A program made the position numbers and the translations under genes. This document shows, piece after piece, positions 11,061-20,560 of a DNA stretch of 64,000 nucleotides (positions within the stretch are counted from its first letter, which is position 1; each line of letters opens with the position of its first letter). The notes beneath the pieces are model-generated. The model saw only the letters and a list, made by a program, of their open reading frames with translations, was not told the DNA's origin and did not search any database. Origin of the DNA: an uncultured delta proteobacterium (GTDB lineage Bacteria; Desulfobacterota; Binatia; HRBIN30; BPIQ01); the NCBI GenBank assembly GCA_963761335.1, contig CAVXGR010000012.1:608001-672000 (forward strand), read 5' to 3'.

Positions 11061-11797
11061 AGGCGCTGGTCATCTGCGGGCGGGAGCTGCGCTTCTACTT
11101 CAGCTCCTTCGTCGCCTTCGCCCTGCTGGCGGTGTTCCTGGTTCTCACCGGCTACTTCTTCTACACCGACCTGATCTTCTTCATCCTCTTCGGCGGCTAC
11201 GTCCTGCCCACCGGGCTCTGGCAGTACGTCTTCCTCGACCTCCGGCTGGTCACCCTGCTCGTCCTGCCGCTGGTCACCATGCGGCTGTTCGCCGAGGAGA
11301 AGAAGCTCGGCACCATCGAGCTGCTGTGGACCTATCCAGTGCGCGACTGGGAGATCGTCGCCGGCAAGTTCCTCGCCTCGCTGCTCTTCTTCGCGGTGAT
11401 GGTCATCCCCACAGTGGTGAGCCCCGCGGCCCTCTACGCCTTCTACAAGTTCGACCCGGGCCCCCTGCTGGTCGCCTATCTCGGCATCTTTCTGCTCGGC
11501 ACCTCCTTCATCGCCTGCGGCATGTTCGTCTCCTCGCTGACCGAGAACCAGGTGGTCAGCGCCATGGTGACCTACGGCATCCTGGTGTTCTTCTGGTTCA
11601 TGACCTGGAACGAGAACGCCGCCGGCGAGCGGCTGGTCGACTTCCTCCTGCGCCTCTCGCTGTTCGACCGCTTCTACAACTTCGCCCGCGGCGTCATCGA
11701 CACCAAGGACGTCGTCTACTTCGTCGTCTTCATCAGCTTCTTCCTCGGCCTGACGCTGCTCTCGCTGGGGACGAGGAAATGGCGGGGAATCCGCTGA
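11057..11797 (+). CDS. ABC-2 permease (GldF-like)
   Basis: TMRLFAEEKKLGTIELL, SSLTENQVVSA; multiple TM helices; overlaps the ATPase stop. Confidence 0.85.
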   Translation: MKALVICGRELRFYFSSFVAFALLAVFLVLTGYFFYTDLIFFILFGGYVLPTGLWQYVFLDLRLVTLLVLPLVTMRLFAEEKKLGTIELLWTYPVRDWEIVAGKFLASLLFFAVMVIPTVVSPAALYAFYKFDPGPLLVAYLGIFLLGTSFIACGMFVSSLTENQVVSAMVTYGILVFFWFMTWNENAAGERLVDFLLRLSLFDRFYNFARGVIDTKDVVYFVVFISFFLGLTLLSLGTRKWRGIR

Positions 11798-13191
11798 TGC
11801 TCGGGCAGAGTGTCCGCCAAGCTCTCCTCCTGGCGCTGCAGATCGTCCTGATGATGCTGCTGAGCGGCTTCGTCCTGCTGCTCGCCGATCGCCACAACCG
11901 CCGCTTCGACTTCAGCCCGCTGAAGCAGTACGTGATCTCGAAGCAGTCGAAGAAGATCGTCGCCGGGCTCTCGGAGCCCACCCGCATCCTCTACTTCTAC
12001 GACAGTCGCGAGAGCGGGCGGCGGCGGCAGGTCGCCGACCTGTTCGATCAGTTCACCGCCGTCAGTCCGCTGCTCTCCTATCGCCTCTACGATCTCGACC
12101 GCACCCCGGGCCTGGCGAAGAAGTACGACATCTCCAGCTACAACACCGGCGCGGTCGAGAGCCGCGGCCGGGTCGAGCCGCTGTCCACCGCCGACGAGGT
12201 GGCGATCAGCAGCGCCCTCCTCAGGCTCTCCACCGAGCACACCCGACAGCTGTGCTTCATGGTCGGGCACGGCGAGCACGATCCCCGCTCGGCCACCGAG
12301 CGCACCGGCTACAGCGACGTGGCCAAGAACCTCGAGATGGAGAACTTCGCCATCCGCACCTATGACGTGCTGCCGTCTCCCGCCGATCTGAAGAGCTGCA
12401 CGCTGGTGATCATGGCCGGGCCGCGGGGGCCGTTCTTCGGCGACGAGGAAGCCCGCCTGTCCGCCTTCCTCGAGGGAGGCGGCCGGCTGCTGATACTCAT
12501 CGACCCGGAGACGCCGGCGTCGATCACCGACTTCCTCGAACGCTTCGGCATCGAGGCGCCGAAGGCGATCATCGCCGACCAGAGGAACCGCCTGTACGGC
12601 GCCGACGCCTTCATGCCGCGGGTACCGATCTTCGACCGCGAGACCTTCCACAAGAACCTCGACACCGCCGCCATCTTCCCCCTGGCCCGGCCGGTGGTGC
12701 CGATGAAGGACGCGCCGCCGCGCGTAGAGGTCACCCTCGTCGCCCTCAGCAGCCCGGAGAGCTGGGCGCGGGTGGGCGACAGCGAGCCGACCGAGACCAC
12801 GCCGGAGTTCCGCCGCGAGGTCGACGAGCCCGGGCCCGTGCCGGTGGCGGTGATGGCGACCGTGCACCGCGACAAGGAGGCCGGCTCCGCCGACGGCACG
12901 GCGCTGCCCGGCAAGATGGTCGTCTTCGGGGACTCCGATTTCCCGAGTAACTTCTACCTCAACCTGATCGGCAACAAGGATCTCTTCATGAGCACCGTCG
13001 GCGTGCTGGCCGAGGACAGCCGGCTGGTGGCGGTGCGCCAGAAGGACCTGCCCAAGGGCACGCTCTCTCCCATCTATCTCACGGCGCGGCAGGGCCAGCT
13101 CATCTTCTGGCTGGCGGTCGTGGTGATTCCGGGCGTGGCGCTGGCGATCGGCGGCCTGGTCGCCTGGCGCCGCCGACTCCAGGGGAGCTGA
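11797..13191 (+). CDS. GldG-family ABC auxiliary component
   Basis: N- and C-terminal TM anchors; GHGE, GGRLLILIDP and VFGDSDF...GNKDL motifs. Confidence 0.8.
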   Translation: MLGQSVRQALLLALQIVLMMLLSGFVLLLADRHNRRFDFSPLKQYVISKQSKKIVAGLSEPTRILYFYDSRESGRRRQVADLFDQFTAVSPLLSYRLYDLDRTPGLAKKYDISSYNTGAVESRGRVEPLSTADEVAISSALLRLSTEHTRQLCFMVGHGEHDPRSATERTGYSDVAKNLEMENFAIRTYDVLPSPADLKSCTLVIMAGPRGPFFGDEEARLSAFLEGGGRLLILIDPETPASITDFLERFGIEAPKAIIADQRNRLYGADAFMPRVPIFDRETFHKNLDTAAIFPLARPVVPMKDAPPRVEVTLVALSSPESWARVGDSEPTETTPEFRREVDEPGPVPVAVMATVHRDKEAGSADGTALPGKMVVFGDSDFPSNFYLNLIGNKDLFMSTVGVLAEDSRLVAVRQKDLPKGTLSPIYLTARQGQLIFWLAVVVIPGVALAIGGLVAWRRRLQGS

Positions 13192-13192
13192 G

Positions 13193-13744
13193 GTGGGTTG
13201 GCGCGGCACCCTCGGGCTGGCGGTGCTGACGGCGCTGGCGGCGGCGCTCTACCTGGCGAGTGGGCCGGAGCCGCTCCACCTTCCCAAGACGACCCTTATG
13301 GGTGAGCCGCGCTACATCGACCCGAACAAACCGGTGACCCATCTCCTCGACTTCGATGCCGGGAGCGTCGCGAAGATCGTCTTCGGGCGCGGCGACGAGG
13401 AGGTCACGGTGACCCGCGACGCGGGAAGGTGGCGTGGCGCCGCCAATCCCAAGCCGCTCGACGACTTCCTCTCGACGCTCGCCGACCTGCAGAAGCTCAC
13501 CACCATCGACGCCAACGCCAGTGACCTCGCCGACTACGGCCTGACCATCCCCTCGCGCCGCCTGGGTCTGGAGACCAGCGACGGCCGGCGTCTCTCGCTC
13601 GCCATCGGCGATCGCAACCCGCCGGGGACGGCGGTCTACGTGCAGATCGGCGAGGGCGGCCCGGTGGCGCTGGCCGGCGCCCTGGTCATCTGGGAGTTCG
13701 ACAAGGCCTTCGCCGCCGTCACCGGCCGCCCCAACCCGCTCTGA
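13193..13744 (+). CDS. DUF4340-like exported protein
   Basis: N-terminal TM, DLADYGL and IGDRNP motifs; usual fourth gene of Gld-like operons. Confidence 0.6.
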   Translation: MGWRGTLGLAVLTALAAALYLASGPEPLHLPKTTLMGEPRYIDPNKPVTHLLDFDAGSVAKIVFGRGDEEVTVTRDAGRWRGAANPKPLDDFLSTLADLQKLTTIDANASDLADYGLTIPSRRLGLETSDGRRLSLAIGDRNPPGTAVYVQIGEGGPVALAGALVIWEFDKAFAAVTGRPNPL

Positions 13745-13816
13745 CCCCTGGAAGCGCCGCCGTCCCGGCCGCCCCCTGCTCCCCGCCATTTGCGGCCAAG
13801 ATGGCCGCGCTTCCGG

Positions 13817-14986
13817 TCAGCGCACCGCGTCCTCGCCGGTGATGTCACGGCCGACGATGAGGGTGTGCATGTCGTGCGTCCCTTCGTAGGTGTTGACGGT
13901 CTCCAGGTTCATCATGTGGCGGATGACCGGGTACTCGTTGACGATGCCGTTGGCGCCGAGAATGTCGCGCGCCAGCCGGGCGATCTCCAGGGCGTTGGCC
14001 ACGTTGTTGCGCTTTGCCAGCGAGATCTGCTGCGGGCGAACCGCGCCCGCGTCCTTGAGCTGCGCCAGCCGATAGGCGAGCAGTTGCCCCTTGGTGATCT
14101 CCGACACCATGTGCACGAGCTTCTGTTGCACCAGCTGGAAGGAGGCGATCGGCCGGCCGAACTGGCGCCGCTCGCGCGCGTAGGAGAGGGCCGTCTGGTA
14201 GCAGGCCATGGCCGCTCCGAGCGCGCCCCAGACGATGCCGAAGCGGGCCTGACTGAGGCAGGAGAAGGGACCGCGCAGGCCGCTGACCTCCGGGAGCAGG
14301 TTCTCCCGCGGCACCCGCACCTCCTCGAGCACCAGCTCCGAGGTGATCGACGCCCGCAGCGAGAACTTGCCCTTGATGTCGATGGTGGAGTACCCGGGCA
14401 TGCCCTTCTCCACGAGGAAGCCGCGGATGACCCCGTCGTCGGTCTTGGCCCAGACGACGGCGACGTCGGCGATGCTGCCGTTGGTGATCCAGCGCTTCAC
14501 CCCGGAGATCACGTAGTGCGCCCCGTCGGCCCGGGCGCGCGTCTCCATACCTCCCGGGTCGGAGCCGTGATCCGGCTCCGTCAGCCCGAAGCAGCCAATG
14601 GCCGCACCGCGCGCCATCCCCGGCAGCCAGCGCTCCTTCTGGGCCGCCGAGCCGAAGGCGTAAATCGCGTACATGGCCAGCGACCCCTGCACCGAGCCCA
14701 TGGAGCGCAGGCCGCTGTCGCAGCGCTCCAGCTCCTGCATGATCAATCCGTAGGAGACGTTGTTGAGGCCGGCACAGCCGTACCCCTTGAGGTTCGCCCC
14801 GAACACGCCGATCTCCGCCAGCCGCGGGATCAGCTGGCGGGGAAACTCCTCGCGCGTGTGACAGCCCTCGATGATGGGCATGGCCTCGCGCTCGACGAAG
14901 TCGCGCACCGTCTTGCGAATGAGCTTCTCCTCGTCGCTGAGAAGCCCGTCCAGATCGTAGTAGTCGACACCTTCAAACGGCGGCAT
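13817..14986 (-). CDS. gcdH: Glutaryl-CoA dehydrogenase-like acyl-CoA dehydrogenase
   Basis: ELERCDSGLRS, GCFGLTEPDHGSDP and NLETVNTYEGTHD signatures. Confidence 0.85.
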   Translation of the reverse strand: MPPFEGVDYYDLDGLLSDEEKLIRKTVRDFVEREAMPIIEGCHTREEFPRQLIPRLAEIGVFGANLKGYGCAGLNNVSYGLIMQELERCDSGLRSMGSVQGSLAMYAIYAFGSAAQKERWLPGMARGAAIGCFGLTEPDHGSDPGGMETRARADGAHYVISGVKRWITNGSIADVAVVWAKTDDGVIRGFLVEKGMPGYSTIDIKGKFSLRASITSELVLEEVRVPRENLLPEVSGLRGPFSCLSQARFGIVWGALGAAMACYQTALSYARERRQFGRPIASFQLVQQKLVHMVSEITKGQLLAYRLAQLKDAGAVRPQQISLAKRNNVANALEIARLARDILGANGIVNEYPVIRHMMNLETVNTYEGTHDMHTLIVGRDITGEDAVR

Positions 14987-15088
14987 GAGTCACCTCTCGT
15001 GGGCGGATGTTACTCAGCGGCGCCCGCCGGCACAACGCCGTCCCGAGGCACCCTTGACCTCGGAAGGCCTTCTCCCTACCTTGGGCGG

Positions 15089-15985
15089 GTGCACATAGAA
15101 ACGCTGAAGGTCTTCTGCGACGTGGTCGAGACGGGGAGCTTCTCGGTCGCGGCGTCACAGAACTTCATCACGCAATCCGCGGTCAGCCAGCAGCTCCGCG
15201 CCCTCGAAGCCAAGTACCGGTGCCGGCTCCTCGAGCGCGGCCGGGGCGGTGCCAAGCCCACCAGCGCCGGCGAGATTCTCTACCAGGGGAGCCGCGCCAT
15301 CCTCGAGGCATACCGCGCCGTCGACACGCAGCTCCAGGAGCTCGGCAAGGTGGTCAGCGGCGCACTGCGGGTGAGCATCGTCTACAGCGTCGGCCTGCAC
15401 GAGCTGCCGCCCTATCTGAAGGACTACCTGCGCGCCTATCCGCAGGTAAACGTTCACGTCGAGTACAGTCGCGCCAATAAGATCTACGAGAGCGTCATCA
15501 ACGGCATGACGGATCTGGGCATCGTCGCCTATCCGTCGCGCCACCCGCAGATCACCGTCCTGCCCTTTCGCGACGACCGCTTGGTGCTGGTCTGCCCCCC
15601 GGACCATGCCTTCGCCGGGCTGCGCAAGGTGGCGCTCTCCAAGCTGCACCGGCAACCGTTCATCTCCTACGAGCGCGACATCCCGACGCGCCGCGCCATC
15701 GACCACCTGTTCAAGACCCACGGCGTCACGCCGGATCACGCTCCGGAGTACGACAACATCGAAACCATCAAGCGCGCCGTCGAGATCGGCCAGGGGCTCG
15801 CCATCGTGCCGTTGCCGGCGGTGCAGCGCGAGATCGAGCTGGGCACCCTGCGCGTCGTCCCGCTGGTCGACCTGACGCTGATGCGGCCGCTGGGCATCAT
15901 CCACAAGCGCGGCCGGCACCTGTCGCCGGCGGCGCGCAAGTTCATCGATCTGCTGCGCCAGGAGCGCACCGACGCCGCCGCCTGA
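15089..15985 (+). CDS. LysR-family transcriptional regulator
   Basis: HTH FSVAA...ITQSAVSQQLRALE and substrate-binding domain NIETIKRAVEIG; GTG start at 15089. Confidence 0.92.
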   Translation: MHIETLKVFCDVVETGSFSVAASQNFITQSAVSQQLRALEAKYRCRLLERGRGGAKPTSAGEILYQGSRAILEAYRAVDTQLQELGKVVSGALRVSIVYSVGLHELPPYLKDYLRAYPQVNVHVEYSRANKIYESVINGMTDLGIVAYPSRHPQITVLPFRDDRLVLVCPPDHAFAGLRKVALSKLHRQPFISYERDIPTRRAIDHLFKTHGVTPDHAPEYDNIETIKRAVEIGQGLAIVPLPAVQREIELGTLRVVPLVDLTLMRPLGIIHKRGRHLSPAARKFIDLLRQERTDAAA

Positions 15986-15997
15986 GGCCGCGGCGCT

Positions 15998-16525
15998 TCA
16001 GTCCCGGCGGGCGGCCACCTCGTTCAGGCGCTCCAGGTACAGGCGCAGTGCTTCGAGGGTATCGGGGCACACCGGCCGCGCCTGCGCCATCTCGAACACC
16101 TGGTCCAGATCCATCCACTCCCCGGCGACGATCTCGCTCTCCTGCAGGCGCACCGGGCCGTCGTGCGTGCAGCTGTAGAGCATGCCGTTCACGGTGGTTC
16201 CGGCGGGGTCCGCGAAGCGGAAGGGGAAGAGGCGCCGCAGATCCTGCGGCCGGATACCGAGCTCCTCTTCGAGCTCGCGGCGGGCGCCGTCGTCGTAGCT
16301 CTCCCCGGCGGCGACCACGCCACCGGCCGCCAGGTCGTAGTACGAGGGGTAGATGTCCTTGCCGGCTGCCCGCTTGTGGACGAAGAGCTGCCCCACCGGG
16401 TTGAACACGAAGATGTAGGTGGCGCGGTGGCGCAGGTTCTGCGCCCGCATCTGGGCGCGCGTCGCCTGCCCGGTCACCCGGTCGTCCTCGTCGACGACGT
16501 CGAGCAGCTCCTCTGCGGCGCTCAT
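15998..16525 (-). CDS. NUDIX hydrolase (YfcD/IDI-like)
   Basis: GGVVAAGESYDDGARRELEEELG Nudix box. Confidence 0.9.
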   Translation of the reverse strand: MSAAEELLDVVDEDDRVTGQATRAQMRAQNLRHRATYIFVFNPVGQLFVHKRAAGKDIYPSYYDLAAGGVVAAGESYDDGARRELEEELGIRPQDLRRLFPFRFADPAGTTVNGMLYSCTHDGPVRLQESEIVAGEWMDLDQVFEMAQARPVCPDTLEALRLYLERLNEVAARRD

Positions 16526-17127
16526 CGGTCGCGCTGGATTTCCTGAGCGAGCTCCAGCATCCATCCGTTGAGCGCCTCGAGAAAGCGCTTGCGCAGGGCG
16601 CGCTGGCGCGGCGACAGCGTCGCCAGCATCTCCTCCTTGGCGCGCCCCGGCTCGCCGTCGACCACGGCGTGCTCCTCGGCGACCACGCTGAGCACCATCG
16701 AGCTGCGCCCGTCCCACTCGTCGACCACCGGAAAGCCGAACTCGCGCAGCCCCTTCTCCCAGGTCGCGTCGATGTCGGCCCAGACGCCGTCCACCTCGAT
16801 CTGCAGATAGTCGTGGACGTCGACGATCTCGTCCTTGCGCAGCATCTCCTGCATCTCTTCGGGGAAAGGCAGCGGCGACTCGTTGAAGCGGTGCGTGCAG
16901 ATCATATGGCGCACCCGCAGACCGAGCCGGCGGTAGAGCTCACCGAGCAGGTAGTGCTTGCCGGAGCATGATCCCCTGCCCTGCCGCAGAACCTCATCGG
17001 GCTCGCGGCTGGCCGGATAGCAGTAGGGGATGTCGCGCACGCGCTCGAAGAGCGCCACGCGGGCGCGCCGGGGGTCGAGACCCTGCGTCCATTCGGTGAA
17101 ACTGCGATCGATGTCGGAAGAACCCAT
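16522..17127 (-). CDS. Transglutaminase-like cysteine-protease-fold protein
   Basis: VRDIPY, GSCSGKH (Cys), VHDYL (His) and IDATW (Asp) triad pattern. Confidence 0.7.
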   Translation of the reverse strand: MGSSDIDRSFTEWTQGLDPRRARVALFERVRDIPYCYPASREPDEVLRQGRGSCSGKHYLLGELYRRLGLRVRHMICTHRFNESPLPFPEEMQEMLRKDEIVDVHDYLQIEVDGVWADIDATWEKGLREFGFPVVDEWDGRSSMVLSVVAEEHAVVDGEPGRAKEEMLATLSPRQRALRKRFLEALNGWMLELAQEIQRDR

Positions 17128-17226
17128 CTCAGCTCGGAAAAATCGGCCGGCCGGCGCCCGTCGGCCGCCGCCCGCGGCGGTGATCACGGCCGCGGCGGCA
17201 CGGTCGGCCTCCTGTCAGAACTCCAT

Positions 17227-17841
17227 TCACGGGTTGATGTCGAAGCGCGCCGCTTCCTCCGGAGTGTTGACGTTGCGAAACGACTCCTCGGCCCCGGGAA
17301 CGGCGCGCAACTCCACCTCGGACACGTACTCGACGCGCACCTCGGGGAGAAAGCCGCGGATGGCGCGAACGCCGCGGCGCAACGCCTGCTCGATGCGGGG
17401 CCGCAGCGCCGTCGAATAGAGGGCGTGCAGCGGCTCGATATCACCGTCCCAGACGGGGACGATCGCCTCCTGTGTGGTCAGGCGCTGCACCAGATAGGCG
17501 ATCGGCTCGATGCGCAGGTAGGGCATGTCACAGGCGGCCACGAAGGCGTACCGGCACCCCACCCGCCCGAGGCCGGCGTGAATGCCGCTCAGCGGCCCGG
17601 CTCCCTGGATCTCGTCGCTGACCACCTCGACGGCGTAGCTCCTGTACTTCAGCGGCGAGTTGCTGACCACGACCACCTGCGCGAAGGACTCCTGGAAGAG
17701 CGCCAGCGTGCGCTCGAAGATGGTTTCGGCGCCGACCCGCAGGAACGCCTTGTCGTGCCCGCCCATGCGGCTGTTCTTGCCGCCAGCGAGGACGATGCCG
17801 GCTACCTGGTCGCTGAGCTGGGGGGCTTCACTCGATTGCAT
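17227..17841 (-). CDS. mobA: Molybdenum cofactor guanylyltransferase
   Basis: LAGGKNSRMG..KA, GPLSGI, ACDMP, EPLHALY, NVNTPEE. Confidence 0.93.
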   Translation of the reverse strand: MQSSEAPQLSDQVAGIVLAGGKNSRMGGHDKAFLRVGAETIFERTLALFQESFAQVVVVSNSPLKYRSYAVEVVSDEIQGAGPLSGIHAGLGRVGCRYAFVAACDMPYLRIEPIAYLVQRLTTQEAIVPVWDGDIEPLHALYSTALRPRIEQALRRGVRAIRGFLPEVRVEYVSEVELRAVPGAEESFRNVNTPEEAARFDINP

Positions 17842-18022
17842 GCGAATGGCTAAATCGAGGAGTCTCTGGTGGAAAAACCCGGTACCCGAGGTACGACTGA
17901 ATCAAAGCCGACGACACCACGAACCGCAACCAAGGCGAGCATAGAAGCAGGTCCTCGAGCTGTCAAGGCGCGCCCGCGGAGGTGCGTCCGGGGAGGCCGC
18001 GCGGGGACGGCCGGGCGCCGAG

Positions 18023-18313
18023 CTACATGCTCAGCTGCTCGAGGGCTTCGGCGTCGGCAGGCGAGTCGGCCAGCATGGCGCGCAGCTGCCCGCGAATCGA
18101 GTCGACGGACCAGCCGAAGTGCTGGCACACGGACACGAAGCTGAACGCGTGGCGGTTCTCGTCGGAGAGGAAATAGGTGCGCGCATGGCGCCGGTCGAGC
18201 GCCTGGCGACTCTTGAGGTCCCAGTACGCCGCCTCGAAAACCGCCAACAGCAACCTTTCCTCCGGACGCAGTAGCCGTCGCTGCTCTGCCAGCGCGGTGT
18301 CATTGATCAACAT
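18023..18313 (-). CDS. Small conserved-looking hypothetical protein
   Basis: PEERLLLAVFE...FSFVSVCQHFG pattern; GAGGGG RBS. Confidence 0.65.
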   Translation of the reverse strand: MLINDTALAEQRRLLRPEERLLLAVFEAAYWDLKSRQALDRRHARTYFLSDENRHAFSFVSVCQHFGWSVDSIRGQLRAMLADSPADAEALEQLSM

Positions 18314-18665
18314 AACGGCCCCCTCAGCGATTTCCTCGATGACGTTCTATGTCGCCACCTCTTCCGTAGACCAGAGCCTGATTCTCTCGACCTATCAACT
18401 GGTTTTCACACTCCGACCGTCCGTGTCCGGGCGTGCCGAAACGGCCCCGGAAGCTCGGCGCCGCGTCATCGGGCGTTCTACCACAAGATTGCCGGCCTCA
18501 CAGCAATTTTTTTGGCCGCGATCGCAATCGACGTCGAGGGGAAAGTGGCCGCGCCGGGAGTGCGAGCAGTGCGATCATCTTGGCCGCCCCCCTCTCTGAC
18601 AGCCACCCGCGGCCGGGACGGCCGCGCTACCAGGCAGCGCTCCCGGATGCACGGCTCGCTGTGGG

Positions 18666-19187
18666 CTAGCTGGACGACCGCTGATATTTGCCGGTCAGCT
18701 CGGCCTGGCCGAGGACGTGTCCGCGCATCGCCTTGCGGAGCTTGTGGCTGTCGATTCCGGCGTCGAGCTTCATTGGGGCGTCGAGCGCGTAGAGCGTGAA
18801 CACGTAACGATGCGTTTTTCCGGGCGGTGGACAAGGTCCGCCGTAGCCGACCCTCTGGAAGTCGTTTATCCCCTGCCGGGCACCGTCGATCTCCCCCTCC
18901 CGCGCCCGATCCTCCTGCAGCACCGTCGTCGACGACGGCAAGCCGTAGAGGAGCCAGTGCACGAAGTGCCCGCTCGGCGCATCGGGGTCCTCGACGATGA
19001 GCACATAGGTCCGCGTACCCTCGGGGACGCCGCTCCACGACAGCGGCGGCGAGACGTTCCCGGCGTCACAGGTGTAACGCGCCGGAATGGAGCCCGCGGC
19101 CGAGAAAGCCGCACTTTTCAGCTCCAGCGCCGAAGCCGCAGTCGCCGAACAAGCGGCGAGCCCCATGAAAGCAATCGCGCAGCGCAT
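18666..19187 (-). CDS. YbhB/YbcL family (PEBP-like) exported protein
   Basis: SPPLSW, EDPDAP, VHW and GYGGPCPP..HRYVFTLYALD; signal peptide. Confidence 0.92.
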   Translation of the reverse strand: MRCAIAFMGLAACSATAASALELKSAAFSAAGSIPARYTCDAGNVSPPLSWSGVPEGTRTYVLIVEDPDAPSGHFVHWLLYGLPSSTTVLQEDRAREGEIDGARQGINDFQRVGYGGPCPPPGKTHRYVFTLYALDAPMKLDAGIDSHKLRKAMRGHVLGQAELTGKYQRSSS

Positions 19188-19384
19188 GGTTTCGATCCCC
19201 CGGATGCCGGCCATCCTACCACGCACCGGCGGCAAAATAGAGGACGCGCGGGCCGTGCCCGTGAGCCGCTCATAGCTGCCCCGGTCCGCATTAGCCGGGC
19301 TTTCTCAAACGAGCTGCGCCCACCGACGCAAGTATCTGTAAACAGGTGACTTTTTGCAAATCCGAGGCTGAAAAAATCGCTGGT

Positions 19385-19413
19385 TTGACATTGCGTTCAG
19401 CCCCCTTTAATGT
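19385..19413 (+). promoter_or_regulatory. Likely sigma70 promoter
   Basis: TTGACA-17 nt-TAATGT preceded by an A/T-rich tract. Confidence 0.5.
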
Positions 19414-19446
19414 TGCCGCCGCAGGGCTTTGAGGAGCGGTGCAGAG

Positions 19447-19899
19447 ATGAAGATGATACTCCCCTCGGTGAAAGATCGGCGCCTGATCAAGACCTACCTC
19501 TCGCAGTTCTTTCACACCCATCACTGCGCCGATTTCAACCGCGCCATCTCGGCCATCTGCCGCTTCTACAACCTGCCGCGGCCGCGCGTGGAGTGGTACG
19601 AATACCTCGACTGGGGCCGCACCGCGGGCAAGACCTACGAGGACGGCATGGTCCACCTCGTCCATCCGGAGAACTGGAAGAAGGGTCGCAAGTACAACTC
19701 CGAGCGCCAGTGGATCAACACCGTCTACCACGAGATGGGGCACTTCGTCTTCTGGGCGGACGCCGAGCGCAAGGCCGACACCTTCGCCTTCCGCATGGTG
19801 CGCGGCATCAACGGCCAGCGTCACGGCGCCCAGCGCTCGGCGCCGCGACTCACCAAGATCAAGCAGAGGCGCGCCGCGGCGCGGCGCCGCGCCGCCTGA
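19447..19899 (+). CDS. Small HExxH (zincin/SprT-like) hypothetical protein
   Basis: TVYHEMGHF followed by ERKAD; basic C-terminal tail; high-GC3 codon pattern. Confidence 0.75.
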   Translation: MKMILPSVKDRRLIKTYLSQFFHTHHCADFNRAISAICRFYNLPRPRVEWYEYLDWGRTAGKTYEDGMVHLVHPENWKKGRKYNSERQWINTVYHEMGHFVFWADAERKADTFAFRMVRGINGQRHGAQRSAPRLTKIKQRRAAARRRAA

Positions 19900-19907
19900 G
19901 CGCGCCG

Positions 19908-20462
19908 ATGGCAGAGGAGAACAAGGACGCCAAGCCGACGGTGGAGAACCGCTGGTGGGCGGAGCTGGGAAACCCCAAGGAAAGGCCGGTCGCCAAGCGC
20001 GACGAGGCCTTTGCCGGCGATCGCTTCTTCAAGATCGCCGAGGGCTACGATCAGGATCGGGCGCGCGACAGCCTGACCGATCAGAACCACCGCCTGCTGG
20101 TTCTCGCCGATCCGCCGGAAGGCAGCTGGGCCTACATGCCGCTGCTCGCCGAGCGCTTTCCGGAGCGCGAGCTCGAGCGCATCAAGCAGAAGCTGGATCT
20201 GCCCGCGTACGCGCGCGGCGTGGTCGTCGACTGCGGGCGCACCATTCGCCTGCTGGTCACCGGCACGCCGATCAACGAGAGAGTCCTGGAGCTGGCGCTG
20301 GTCGAGCCGCCCTCTTTCGACTGCTGGGTGAAGGGTGAGTGGGTGCGCGAGGAGCTCTACGACAACGCCGGCCGCGCCCTGTCGCAGTTCCGCCAGCACA
20401 TCCGCGATTACCTCGCCCCCGAGGCGATCGCGGTCGCCGAGTCGATCCGCGCCCAGGCGTAG
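19908..20462 (+). CDS. Hypothetical protein
   Basis: ATG 8 nt after the previous stop; typical codon usage; 184 aa. Confidence 0.7.
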   Translation: MAEENKDAKPTVENRWWAELGNPKERPVAKRDEAFAGDRFFKIAEGYDQDRARDSLTDQNHRLLVLADPPEGSWAYMPLLAERFPERELERIKQKLDLPAYARGVVVDCGRTIRLLVTGTPINERVLELALVEPPSFDCWVKGEWVREELYDNAGRALSQFRQHIRDYLAPEAIAVAESIRAQA

Positions 20463-20550
20463 ATTGGTTTGCGGGTTCTCGGGTTGGCGAGTTGACGGGT
20501 TGAGGGGTCGGCATGACCCGAAAACTCGAAAACCCGCAAGCTCGGCAACT
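20463..20550. repeat. Inverted array of degenerate 8-nt units
   Basis: cgggttct/cgggttgg/cgagttga/cgggttga followed by acccgaaa/actcgaaa/acccgcaa; lies between convergent genes. Confidence 0.7.
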
Positions 20551-20560
20551 TTCCTCCCCC

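Noticed and set aside
17842..18022. Moco riboswitch upstream of mobA
   Set aside because: No consensus elements recognised.
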